A stretch of DNA of 61,917 nt, counting the filler, from Basidiobolus ranarum (taxonomy: Eukaryota): NCBI GenBank assembly GCA_040143965.1. It is 12 parts of 12 records of this genome, joined end to end, with 100 filler letters (N's around TTAATTAATTAA, not from the genome) between each part and the next. Parts side by side here need not be neighbours in the genome. Positions count along the whole stretch, not along the records: positions 1 to 5,081 come from JASJQH010001720.1; positions 5,182 to 10,261 come from JASJQH010001721.1; positions 10,362 to 15,437 come from JASJQH010001722.1; 9 more parts are not named here. The stretch is one strand, 5' to 3'. Below, piece by piece: positions 1-10,800 of the stretch (the first letter of the stretch is position 1; every line of letters begins with the position of its first letter). The notes under the pieces were generated by a model. The model saw only the letters and a program-made list of their open reading frames with translations, ran no database searches and was not told the DNA's origin. The translations under genes were made by a program, and so were the position numbers.

Positions 1-702
1 ATGTACATTCGATGCCGTTCCTCCACCAATCACAGGAAGCTTCTGACTGCAGTGATAGTGCCCACCTGGGGGATTCGGTTCTGTCTCTGTCTCTGGCTGA
101 TTACTACTATCGAAGGACCAGACAATAAGATTGGAGAGGTGTGCAATACAGTGATGAACTATGACTTATCTGCAGTAATGCAGTACATAAAGATTGCCAG
201 TGAATTGTTAATTCTGCTGTTCTTCATGGAGCACTTGGTAAAATTGGTCAGACACGAGCCCCCAACGAAAATGACCTCGACCAAGGCATGGAAGCATCTG
301 CTAATCAACAACTGCATTTTTACAGGATTGATCGCGTTGAGTGAGATTCTTGTAGGGCAAATCACTGTGTATCTAACTGACTACTTATTTTTGACCTACT
401 CTGTGGTGAATCTGATTCAATCGCTGTTACTCATCTTTATTGTGGAGGACACGAGAAAGGTCTTTGTGGAATCGTACAGCCGATCAAATGGTATCTCTAA
501 TGGATATCATCTCGATCGGTACTCTCATGCGCAATCCCCAACTGGAGTGGCTATGTTAACTCGCGCGGATGACATTCCAGATCAAGGTAAGCCCAAGCAG
601 AGCAAAGATGGTGTTGAGAATGAATGGAGGAGCTCTTGGGAACAGAAGGTGGACCGTAAGAGTAGCTCGGAAAACAGCCTGTGTCCCTCAGCCATTCCTT
701 AG
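1..702 (+). CDS. Multi-pass membrane protein of unknown function, probably 5'-truncated at the contig start
   Basis: 233-codon open frame with about four hydrophobic segments followed by a hydrophilic Ser-rich tail; no family motif recognised. Confidence 0.55.
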   Translation: MYIRCRSSTNHRKLLTAVIVPTWGIRFCLCLWLITTIEGPDNKIGEVCNTVMNYDLSAVMQYIKIASELLILLFFMEHLVKLVRHEPPTKMTSTKAWKHLLINNCIFTGLIALSEILVGQITVYLTDYLFLTYSVVNLIQSLLLIFIVEDTRKVFVESYSRSNGISNGYHLDRYSHAQSPTGVAMLTRADDIPDQGKPKQSKDGVENEWRSSWEQKVDRKSSSENSLCPSAIP

Positions 703-1403
703 TAATCCGAAGATGATTGTAATTTTAATCTGGGACATAAGTGTGCAATTCTTTTTTCTTTGCTCGTTGTGGCGCTTATTCTGTGAGTATTTAGGAATCT
801 AAGCGCCTCCCTAATATTGTAAGGTACGAGAGACTGTTATCTTTATTAACAATTCATATCCGTGGCAGTTTTTGTCTCATTTGTTTGTATGTCATGGATT
901 CACGCTGTATAAACGCCTTGCTTTCATTAGTTTGTTCCATCCATCGATCCCCATCATACCTCCCTGGCATTCTCCTAAAATATACCTATTTAATATGTAC
1001 TTGTTAAATCTGCTCTTATGTGCTTCAAGCTCAAAGTAGCCTCAATAAAGATGATTGGTCTTAATATGTTAGAAGCCACTTACTAGTAAATGTGCTGTAG
1101 TCTTGTAGTTTCTTTGGTAGTCCTAATTTGTCTGACATTATACTTGGACTTGAATTTCTTCTCTACAAATGGTTTGAGTTATTCACTGGACAGGACTGGA
1201 TGATATGATTGACTCTAAGGTAGCCTGATGTTTCTCTCATACAATCTTCACTATTCTACTTGAAAATGGAAGTGAGATTGGAAGTATGATATACAACACG
1301 ATAAGTGACCATTCCCCATTTGCATTGATTTCAAGGCATTGAAGACACCGTGTACATACCTGGCATAGTTGGCTTATATACTGACTACTTGATACAATCA
1401 AAC

Positions 1404-1744
1404 TGTTGAAATTAGCATAGCCTAAAAACCTATATATATATAGTTTAGTATTTAGTTATTCTATATTGAACTAAGATATCACCCCCTATTCTCAAGAGAA
1501 ATTTACTTTGAATATTGACACCAGCTTAGAAGTAAGAAAATATGTAGATTTTTCAAACTTGTCTTAGAAGCCCTGAACTTTGCACGCATGTTGTTGGGAC
1601 CCTAACACATTCTAAACGTTTGTTTGTTTATCTCTTGACAAAACTATAAATGTCAACTGAATACTCAATAAATCAATTAGTGAAAACCACCTATTCTTCT
1701 AGTTCTCCAAACCGCTTCCAACAAACTCCCAAAATACCTCAACA
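1404..1744 (+). mobile_element. Solo LTR, copia-type family A
   Basis: TGTTG...CAACA termini; perfect 5-bp TSD CAAAC (1399-1403, 1745-1749); internal CTATAAAT and AATAAA; homologous to copies at 36693, 50647, 55834 and 61807. Confidence 0.92.
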
Positions 1745-3788
1745 CAAACTAATGGAAAAATATAGAGTTCCAGCCTTATTGAATTTCCAGAGATCAGCTA
1801 TTTTCTTTATGAATTTTTAAATGGTGTCCAGTGGGAAAATCTAGTACTTCTTCCGAGCAGAACCTAAAATATAGGATCGAGTCGCAACAGTGGTTCTTCC
1901 ATCATCACAGGAATCTTGGTACTTCTTCTACATCAGTGGTAGTATAGAGCAAGTGGGAGACACCATCGGGTTAGTTTAAATCTAGGAAGACATTGAGCAA
2001 CCCATTTATAAAAGATTATTGTGTTGAGTATAGCGATATTGGAGAGAGCGAGCTTATGAAAATCTGACAAATTAAGTGCGTTATGACTGTGCTTGAATAA
2101 AGTAATCTACAAAACTGTACTACCATCTTCCGCTCCATTGATTGACTGATATTTTTGACCAATCCCAGCATGAATAGGCTTAAGGTCTGTTTGTTTGAGA
2201 TGCGTGTCATCAAATAGCAATAGAGCAGTTATCAGGGAAACAAGTTAGCTTGGACTAAGCCGGCAGCATGTTACTGATATCAAACTTGTTCCATTTTATT
2301 GTGTCAGATTGTGTTGTAAATATAATATCGGGTAAAGCATTCTAATTTTATACAGCTCGATTTGGCACTATCCAACACCCTCAGGCACAGGTAATTTCAA
2401 TCAAAACTAGTATATTGAACCAAGGTCCGATAACTCCTGGCCTGATAGCATATATTCTCTATGTATTTTAGCCAAGTGACATATCTGCTCATAATATACC
2501 GAAGTTAACTGGTGCTTTGCTTCCTCAATGGTTAAAGTAAACTTTAGGATATTCTGGTTCCTTGTTGGTTAGTTATTTGCGCATTGGGTTATACTGTTTG
2601 GTATCTAGTAGCTCACAGTTCCGTTATGAATGGGTTCAGTCCAATATATAACAGCAAGAACACTAATTGAACTTTCTATTAGTCTGTGGAATGCAATGTA
2701 TGGAAGTCTAATCTATTGCAACCAGATTACTTGCTTTCATGCGAGTGCGTATCCTCAGTTAGGTTAGGTGACTATATCAATAATTTACATTCCTTTCGGC
2801 AGAATATTCCTTGATGAGCTAGCAATTTGGAATGCAACAACTACGCCAATTTCAAAAGTGACGATCCCAAAGGCTCTGAACAGCTATTCGTTACAAACAC
2901 GCCATATCTAGTTTGAATGGCAAATGGCCATGACTTCTGAGTTCTTGAACATCAGTGATCTATCCATGGCAATCTAGTCCCTCGAAGAACTGATTCTAGT
3001 CTGAATTAGATAGGTATTAATGACGGAGGCATTTCCGAAATCAATTGTGAATCCAATACCATGTACAAATCAATACAGTTATTAACTCTGCTTGTAGTGC
3101 TTTCAGATCGGAAGACCAATATTCCAACTGATGATCTCACACTCTCAGTCTTGCAAGCCAATCGCTTGCATGGAGAAACACGTTCTCCAAGTGTGACTGG
3201 TAAGTCTGGGCCAATGGCGAATCACTACCTCCAAAGTTATATTTTTACGAGGCATTTGTAACACTCAGAAGCAGACATGCATATATGCAAGAATGATAGT
3301 AGCTTACTACACAATTCAGAAACTATATTGATATCTATTCCATATGTAGGGTGGCGTGAATGGTGGCAGAGCTGCGTTCTTACAATGTGATCAGGATTTC
3401 CCATTATTTCGACTAATCATCGGAAAATAAATGGTTACGATGTGGTTTACTGTATTCACTTATAGCTGCTCTAACCAATTAACAAATCAAGAGGAAATGA
3501 AATCTAGGATGACTGGATACAGCATGAAGTCACCATCTAAAGAGTGACTAAAGGTAATGAACTGGTGAAATAATTCGCTGGTACAGTAAAGGTGATGACG
3601 GAGATGAAGCTTTCCTGAAACCGTATCGGCGTCACCATTTGATTTGAGAAATTATGCCAAGTTTTATGATGTAAAAGAGTGCCCGAGACGATCCATTATA
3701 AAGGGGATGGAAACAACAGAGCAAAGTCAAATCAACCCGCTTCTACAAACTAGTAATTGCTCTTGTACTTTTGTAAAATATAGTCATC

Positions 3789-5081
3789 ATGTCCAACACC
3801 GGTAAAGAATTTAAAGATGGTGAGATAGTCAATAGTGTTGGATATTCCTCTGAACATACTCAACAAACCCCTATCCCAGGGCACGTAAGTACTGCTGGAG
3901 CATATCAGGAGAAGCCTTTGCCCCCACTACCATCAACTATGGGTAGAAACGATGCAAGCACAGCTGGGTCTAGAATTCATCAACATCATGTTGTAGACAA
4001 CCCCAGCCATACTGGCTCCTCTTCTACACCGGTAGCGGCCCCTGTATCAGGCAACGTACACCGCCATGATAATACCTATGAGCATGATCAAGCCGAGAAG
4101 AAAAACCACGTTCCAAGAGATGGTAGTCCCACTCGTGAAACATTTGAAACATTAGTTAATAGGGATAGAGAACCACACTACCAATCGTATGCAGCAAATC
4201 CACAAGTTTCTTCAAATGTAATTAACGATACTGCAGATCGTAATCGAAATGAAAGCAAACATGCGCATAAGAAAGACGAACACACCACCCATGAAAAGAG
4301 TCATGTTCCAAGGGATGGGAGCCCCACTAGGGAAACTTTTGAAACCATGGTTGGAAGAGATAAGAAGCCCGAGTATGTATCTTCTCACAATGCTCATAAT
4401 AATGCAGGGATTAACACAGCACCCCGTACTTCTGAGCTCATTCGCAACGACAAAGCGGATAAAGACGCAAATAAACCGGATAGACAGAATAACGTACCTA
4501 GAGATGGTAACCCTGATCGTGAGCATTTTGAATACATTACGGAAAGAGATAAGCAGCCATCTACATCTGTACCCATAGCATCCACTGGTGGCAGTAAACC
4601 TTCATCAACTTCTATGGCTGGCTCAAGTGGTATTACATATCTAGACAGAAACAATCCGCAACGGACAAGTGAAAATACGGAACATCGTGGCTCCAAAGTT
4701 CCACTTGTTGCGGGAATCGTAGGTACTGGAGCTAGCGCCGCTGCAATTAGTCATCAATCAGGACGTAAAAATGATATTACAGAACCTAACCAGTACGACA
4801 GAACCAATGTGTTGAACTCCGAAAATGTTCAAGGTTCCTACCACCAATCAGATCATAATAACAACAGAGTTCATGGAGACGGAGACAACCGTGATAGTGA
4901 ATCAAACTCGCTACGTCAAAAATTCGACGAACTTGTAGGAAAAAAAGATACCAGCAGATATGGTGTTAACATACTAAAAATGGAAATCCAACGAAATTAC
5001 TCTACAGTAGACAAAGAAATATCCGAGAGATTCACGATAATTCAGAAGCGGAGATTCTACGAGCCCAGAAGTCTCCAAATT
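3789..5081 (+). CDS. Hydrophilic, likely disordered protein with three internal ~20-aa repeats; 3'-truncated
   Basis: Over 430 open codons to the contig end; TATAAA near 3697; motif (H/N)VPRDG(S/N)P(T/D)RE(T/H)FE...RD starts at 4107, 4302 and 4491. Confidence 0.75.
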
Positions 5082-5181
5082 NNNNNNNNNNNNNNNNNNN
5101 NNNNNNNNNNNNNNNNNNNNNNNNNTTAATTAATTAANNNNNNNNNNNNNNNNNNNNNNNNNNNNNNNNNNNNNNNNNNNN
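5082..5181. other. Artificial contig spacer; repeated at 10262, 15438, 20614, 25789, 30960, 36127, 41292, 46455, 51617 and 56773 (100 nt each)
   Basis: N-run + TTAATTAATTAA (stops in all six frames) + N-run; flanking contig lengths run 5081, 5080, 5076, 5076, 5075, 5071, 5067, 5065, 5063, 5062, 5056, 5045. Confidence 0.98.
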
Positions 5182-5645
5182 GCCGTCTCAGACTCGAACT
5201 CTCCAAGATCTTGGGAGTAAGTGAACCAGCCATTCATTGCTATGCTATGGGCGAGCACGGTGACCACCAATTCGTCGCTTGGTCATCAGCTCGCGTCGGA
5301 GGTGTCCCCCTCTTAGACTACCCTCAAATGAAGGATGTTGATCTCGATGCTCTTTCTCACGAAGTATCTCGCAAAGCCTACAAGATTATTGAATGCAAGG
5401 GAGCCACCTACTACGGAATCGGTGCCTGTGTTGCATCTCTCTGTGACACTGTTCTCCATGATCGCCGCGACATTCGTCCCATTTCCTGCTATAGCGAGAA
5501 ATACGACGCATACGTTTCCATGCCAGCCGTATTAGGATCGAATGGAGTGGAGAGTATCATTAGCATCCAGCTCAGTGAGACCGAGAGAAAGAAGATGGAT
5601 AGAGCCGTTGAAGCCATGAAGTCTGTTCTTTCTGAGTGTAACTAA
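5182..5645 (+). CDS. ldh: L-lactate dehydrogenase, upstream tandem copy (3' half only; contig starts inside it)
   Basis: Matches 6790-7253 base for base by eye (offset 1608); contains MGEHGD and KGATYYGIG. Confidence 0.9.
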
Positions 5646-6341
5646 TTGATCACTTTAGATTGTACGATGTATTATACAATTCCAGGTTAAAGATAGACGA
5701 TCACAAAGAACTATTAGAATAAAAGCATAATTTGAAAATCACGAGAAAATTCCATCACAAATGAACAAAATTAAAATAACATTCTTTTGTATAATAAATA
5801 TAAACATAGTGAATCTCAAAAAGTTGTCTTCAATTTCTGCAAGCTTCTATCGACATTATGTTTTCCATTATGTCGTTATACTCGATTGTAGTGAAAGTTC
5901 AATATGACCAAAACAATTTTTAAGTTTCTATTGTAGTTAGTCATGAGTCTCTTTAGAACAGACCAGACCCATATTTAAGGTTTTACAAGTTCCATATAGG
6001 GGAATATTTCCAAGGCAGGCGCTAAGATTAAAGTCCGGAATTCTAATCTAAAACACATATTATTGGTGGTCCTATATTCTACTGAAGTAGAAGGAGACGG
6101 AGACTGTTATATTGCCATTCAATTTTAACATCAGTTATTGTATTTTCTAATAAATTGTTGAAAATTATTCTGACGTAGATGCTTCTAATAACAAATCTGA
6201 TCTAAAAAAGTTTAATTCCCCCACCCAGTCAATTTGGCGGCATCGTCTAGTATTTTATGATCAGATATAGTGCAAAAGTTCGGTATATAAAGTATAATGA
6301 AGTACTTAGCTCTCGACATTAAAATTCATATCTTTTAGACA

Positions 6342-7253
6342 ATGCCTGCGGATAAAACTATTGCTGTCATCGGTTGTGGTGCCGTCGGTGCTTCTTGCGC
6401 CTCTTCCATCATTCTTCGTAATATTTCCTGTGAGTTGTTGATGGTCGACATCAACCAGCAAGTTGCTGAAGGTCAAGCTCTCGATTTGGCTGACTCTCAG
6501 TTCCTTTCTTCCGCCAAGGTCAGAGTTGGTACTTACCAAGAGGCTGGCCAAGCTGACATCATTGTCATCACCGCTGGAGCTGGTCAACGTCCCGGAGAGA
6601 CTCGCCTTCAGTTGATTGCCAAGAATTACAGCATTCTCAGCAGTGTGATCAACAGCATGGCTCCTATCAAGCCTACTGCCAAGATCATGCTTGTTGCCAA
6701 CCCAGTCGATGTTCTTACTCACATCGCTCAAAAGATCTCTGGACTTCCTAAGAACCAAGTATTCGGCTCTGGTACCTTCCTTGACTCTGGCCGTCTCAGA
6801 CTCGAACTCTCCAAGATCTTGGGAGTAAGTGAACCAGCCATTCATTGCTATGCTATGGGCGAGCACGGTGACCACCAATTCGTCGCTTGGTCATCAGCTC
6901 GCGTCGGAGGTGTCCCCCTCTTAGACTACCCTCAAATGAAGGATGTTGATCTCGATGCTCTTTCTCACGAAGTATCTCGCAAAGCCTACAAGATTATTGA
7001 ATGCAAGGGAGCCACCTACTACGGAATCGGTGCCTGTGTTGCATCTCTCTGTGACACTGTTCTCCATGATCGCCGCGACATTCGTCCCATTTCCTGCTAT
7101 AGCGAGAAATACGACGCATACGTTTCCATGCCAGCCGTATTAGGATCGAATGGAGTGGAGAGTATCATTAGCATCCAGCTCAGTGAGACCGAGAGAAAGA
7201 AGATGGATAGAGCCGTTGAAGCCATGAAGTCTGTTCTTTCTGAGTGTAACTAA
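6342..7253 (+). CDS. ldh: L-lactate dehydrogenase, intronless, 303 aa
   Basis: GCGAVG Rossmann motif; ITAGAGQRPGETRLQL loop with the LDH-specific Gln; VANPVD, GSGTFLDSGR, GEHGD and KGATYYGIG; resembles Rhizopus ldhA/B. Confidence 0.95.
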   Translation: MPADKTIAVIGCGAVGASCASSIILRNISCELLMVDINQQVAEGQALDLADSQFLSSAKVRVGTYQEAGQADIIVITAGAGQRPGETRLQLIAKNYSILSSVINSMAPIKPTAKIMLVANPVDVLTHIAQKISGLPKNQVFGSGTFLDSGRLRLELSKILGVSEPAIHCYAMGEHGDHQFVAWSSARVGGVPLLDYPQMKDVDLDALSHEVSRKAYKIIECKGATYYGIGACVASLCDTVLHDRRDIRPISCYSEKYDAYVSMPAVLGSNGVESIISIQLSETERKKMDRAVEAMKSVLSECN

Positions 7254-8165
7254 TTGATCACTCTTAGAGTATATGATGCATTGTACAGCTCAACCTATAA
7301 ATAGACATCCGTGAAGAACTATAATAAAATGACTTCCTATTCTAAAGAACTTTCTTTGACATTAATTTGGATAGATTACGCCAGTAGCATGAAGTAGATT
7401 TATGAGCAAAATTTGGATAGTTTTATATCTAATATCTTATAGATTGGTTGAACTCTTAGAAGACGTTGTAAATACTCTTGATGATGCTATAAAATGACCC
7501 GGTATTAATAATGCAAGTTACAGGCAATGGACTTTTTCCTACGAAAGTCACATTGAATGCGTATGCAATTTCTAGTTTCGTTTTGAATCCCGTATTATGA
7601 TTGCTACCACTCAACAATTCTCTACTACATCTGGAAGCTTTGCTGCATAATAGGAGATTTAGATTAAAATAAGTCCGCGTGTGCGGATCACTGGTGGCTG
7701 GATTTATTGTATAGCTTAAAATAAAATCGATTTGAGAGTACAAATGTGCCCAGCACACATACAGTATGTTATGTAGGATATTTTGTCTCCAAGTTAGGCC
7801 ATAACGGGTCATTCTCTTTGAACTTGGATACTTGAGGATCCTATTATCTATCATCACTTATATATGAGGGCAAATGCTCGAAAATGCCATATTCTTTTGT
7901 CATTTGATTACCATTCCAAACCACATTCACCTTTAAATATTGATTATTAGATACCGTTGTTCTTTTATTACTTGGAGTGCTTTTGCTTATGGCTAATTAG
8001 TATATATCAAATACACTATTGATTGATTATACTAGATTTACGTGCAAGTCGACCGAACCTGCTAGTGTGTCGGGTTTTCGAACAAACTCATCACTGATAT
8101 CCTGAAGGATTTCAACACCATAAATATACTGTATCTAGGCTCTCTTTGGTAAAATCATCAATAGG

Positions 8166-9584
8166 ATGAAAATTTTAAGCATAGTTAGACGTTCTTTACT
8201 GTTTCCATTGTCTATTCAGCTAGTCAATTACTTGGAAATTCACGCCTGCGAATGCCCTCTGCCTACACCAAAAACTTACACGAGTTATCGACGTTCCGGT
8301 GAGGTGGAAATAGATGGCAAGCTTGATGAGGAAACATGGGATAGAGTCCCTTGGACCGAAAGTTTTGGAAATGTATTTGGTGAAGGAGAACAATTTCCTA
8401 GTCCTCCGGAGAATATTGAATCTAAAGTGAAGGTATCAAACTGCTATTCTTCATGCTATATATTTCTACGTATAAACCTAATTGTCTCTACAGTTGATTT
8501 GGGATGAGGACTATTTGTATGTTGGTGCAATCCTAATGGATCCAGTAATTAGAGCCTTGGAAAGCGAAGCAGTGCTAGGCGAAAGTAAGTTCAGTCACAC
8601 ATTGCTTCTTGCGGAGTAGCATCACTCATGAAAAATTCCTCTCTCAATATAGCTTTTGAAGACAACACGTTTCAGCTGTATCTAGATCACGATAGGACAA
8701 ACCATAACTACAAAGTGATTCAGATGAATCCTAACGGTGTTTACAAATCCACTATTTACAACAAGCCCCCTTCAGATGACGGTTTCGAGAGTTGGTGGGA
8801 TTTGGGACCAGACTTTGAATATAAAATATACACACATGGTGAGATAAATAACAAAGATTGGAAACCGGTCAAAAATGGGTATTGGTCGGTTGAGATGAAA
8901 ATCCCTGTTGACAGGCTCTCCGTAAAGGTATTCAATTCACTTGGGCTAAGAAAGCGTGCCGAAGATTCACAACTATTGCCAACTTACATGAATCTTAATT
9001 TCTTAAGGTGATCAATTATTTAGCCACTTAACTCTACATCCTACTAATAATCATTGATACAACATATCTATCACTATAGAACTGGATTCCCGCCCAAAGG
9101 AGTAGTGAACCTTCAACCACAGTCAACTGGTACAACTCAAAGTACCACATCAAACTTCTTTCTATTTGGTTTGGGAAGCTTCAATACATTACTGAAGCGA
9201 CATGAGGTCGGCCCTAAATATCAAACTTCGTGGTCACCACTACATTCGAATGACATTCATCATCCTGAGCTTTGGGGTCAAGTGATGTTTCGGAATACAA
9301 CTAATACATATAAGCCATTTGTACCAGACCCAAGTTATCCTACTAGGTTTGCTCTAATGCAGATTTATTATGGAGAAAAATCATATGCGGAGAAGCACGA
9401 TGGTATATATACAGAGGACTACGAAGATTTACTCGTTGAATCACAACTTGTAGCAGATTGTATTGGTCCACTTAAAATTCGAACATCAGAAGCTGGCACC
9501 TCATATGAAGCAAGCATAAGATACCGAAAACAAACAGGACATATACGCGAAGACAGATATTTACACTTCACAGACAATCACTAA
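8166..9584 (+). CDS. Probably secreted carbohydrate-binding family 9-like (CBM9-like/DOMON-like) protein, 4 exons
   Basis: Introns 8433-8493, 8585-8652 and 9008-9079 (GT..AG) join the three ORFs in frame; motifs IDGKLDEETW..VPWTESF, LIWDEDYLYVGA, DNTFQLYLD, WSVEMKIP, WSPLHSNDIHHPELWGQVMF. Confidence 0.75.
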
Positions 9585-9960
9585 CTGAGAGTCACCCAAT
9601 TTTAACACAAAAAGAACATTGAGTTTCATTCTCTTTATCAGTTCTTTGAATTGTACTCATAAATACCCAATCAAAACTATCAATTAGTTTGAAATAATGA
9701 TAGAATTCTCATCTAACTCATTCAAATTATCCGAATTCTCATGAATTCCCGATGAAATATACGATAAATATTCCATGTCACAAACTCTTTTAATTGATGT
9801 TGATCGAACAATTTTGGAAATACACTATTCATTTTAGTCACAAAAACTCGGTATTTTACAACTTTCGTACAATAAATATATAAGAGGAAATGTCAGTTTA
9901 TTGCGTATAAATTTATTGATAATGACTACAGGTTATAAATGATAAAAGCGGTACTATTCT

Positions 9961-10261
9961 TTACTCAAACATTGGGCCTTCTTTAATTTCAAAGGCAAGT
10001 TGAAATTGGCTACCATCTGTACCAATATAAACAATTGCGTGATCTATGAGTTCACCTGATAAGATAGCACGGCTTAATTGCGTAACCAAATGTTTCTCCA
10101 GGAATCTACGAACAGGTCGAGCACCATATGTAGGATCATATGAAAGTCGGAGAACGAGATCTGACGCTTCATCCGACATCACCAACTCTATGTCTTTGTC
10201 CACCAGACGCTTAGCAATCCGGTCCACCTGGATCTTGACAATCTCCCGCAAATTGTCTTGC
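9961..10261 (-). CDS. ClpB/Hsp100 (Hsp104/Hsp78-type) AAA+ chaperone, C-terminal D2-small domain only
   Basis: YDPTYGARPVRRFLEKHLVTQLSRAILSGEL signature; frame open to the contig end. Confidence 0.9.
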
Positions 10262-10361
10262 NNNNNNNNNNNNNNNNNNNNNNNNNNNNNNNNNNNNNNN
10301 NNNNNTTAATTAATTAANNNNNNNNNNNNNNNNNNNNNNNNNNNNNNNNNNNNNNNNNNNN

Positions 10362-10469
10362 AAAATCCCTGGCAGAATGCAAGCCAACAATATTGTGACG
10401 GTTCTCTGACGGTTTTGCTATTTTGGAGGGTGGATCCGATCCGGATCAAATCAATTTTATTTTTGTTAG
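10362..10469 (+). repeat. ~110-bp dispersed repeat; other copies at ~11573-11677 (+) and ~31484-31590 (-), related motifs at ~32550-32696
   Basis: Shared core GGCAGAAT...GGTT(C/T)TCTGA(C/T)(G/A)G...GGTGGATC(C/T)(G/A)AT..GGATCAAAT..ATTT followed by a T-rich tract ending TAG|G. Confidence 0.85.
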
Positions 10470-10800
10470 GGAGTTGTTTATGAATATTGATAGTATATTC
10501 TTATGGCATCAACTCACATTTGCAGATCTCAGGCAGCTACAGTGACTTTGCAAAGATCTTGTAAATGGATACTACAAACTCTATTACAGGTGTAAAGAAG
10601 AAAGACTGAATCCATGCTGGCTTTCAATACATACCCCACTGCATCTTTCTCAATGATTAGAGATTATAGGCCCTTGCTATACATTCTGGGAGTTCCCAGC
10701 AGAGCCTACATGTGGTGAAACAATGTTCCATGAGAAATAATCAATATTACCATATGCTAATCTAATTAGCAACCTATTGGCAAAATCAATGATGGATGCA
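10470..10800 (+). pseudogene. Degenerate CACTA/EnSpm (Tnp2-like) transposase fragment
   Basis: Frame from 10471 reads ELFMNIDSIFLWHQLTFADLRQLQ*LCKDLVNGYYKLYYRCKEERLNPCWLSIHTPLHLSQ*LEIIGPCYTFWEFPAEPTCGE...PYANL, matching the fungal CACTA pattern LYY...RL..C...H..LH......GP....W.FP.E..CG. Confidence 0.72.

Noticed and set aside
6306-6878. Long antisense or overlapping ORFs (also 4212-4696, 40370-41072, 54249-54548, 58668-58940, 60458-60811)
   Set aside because: They are shadows of real genes on the other strand or frame and have no motifs of their own.
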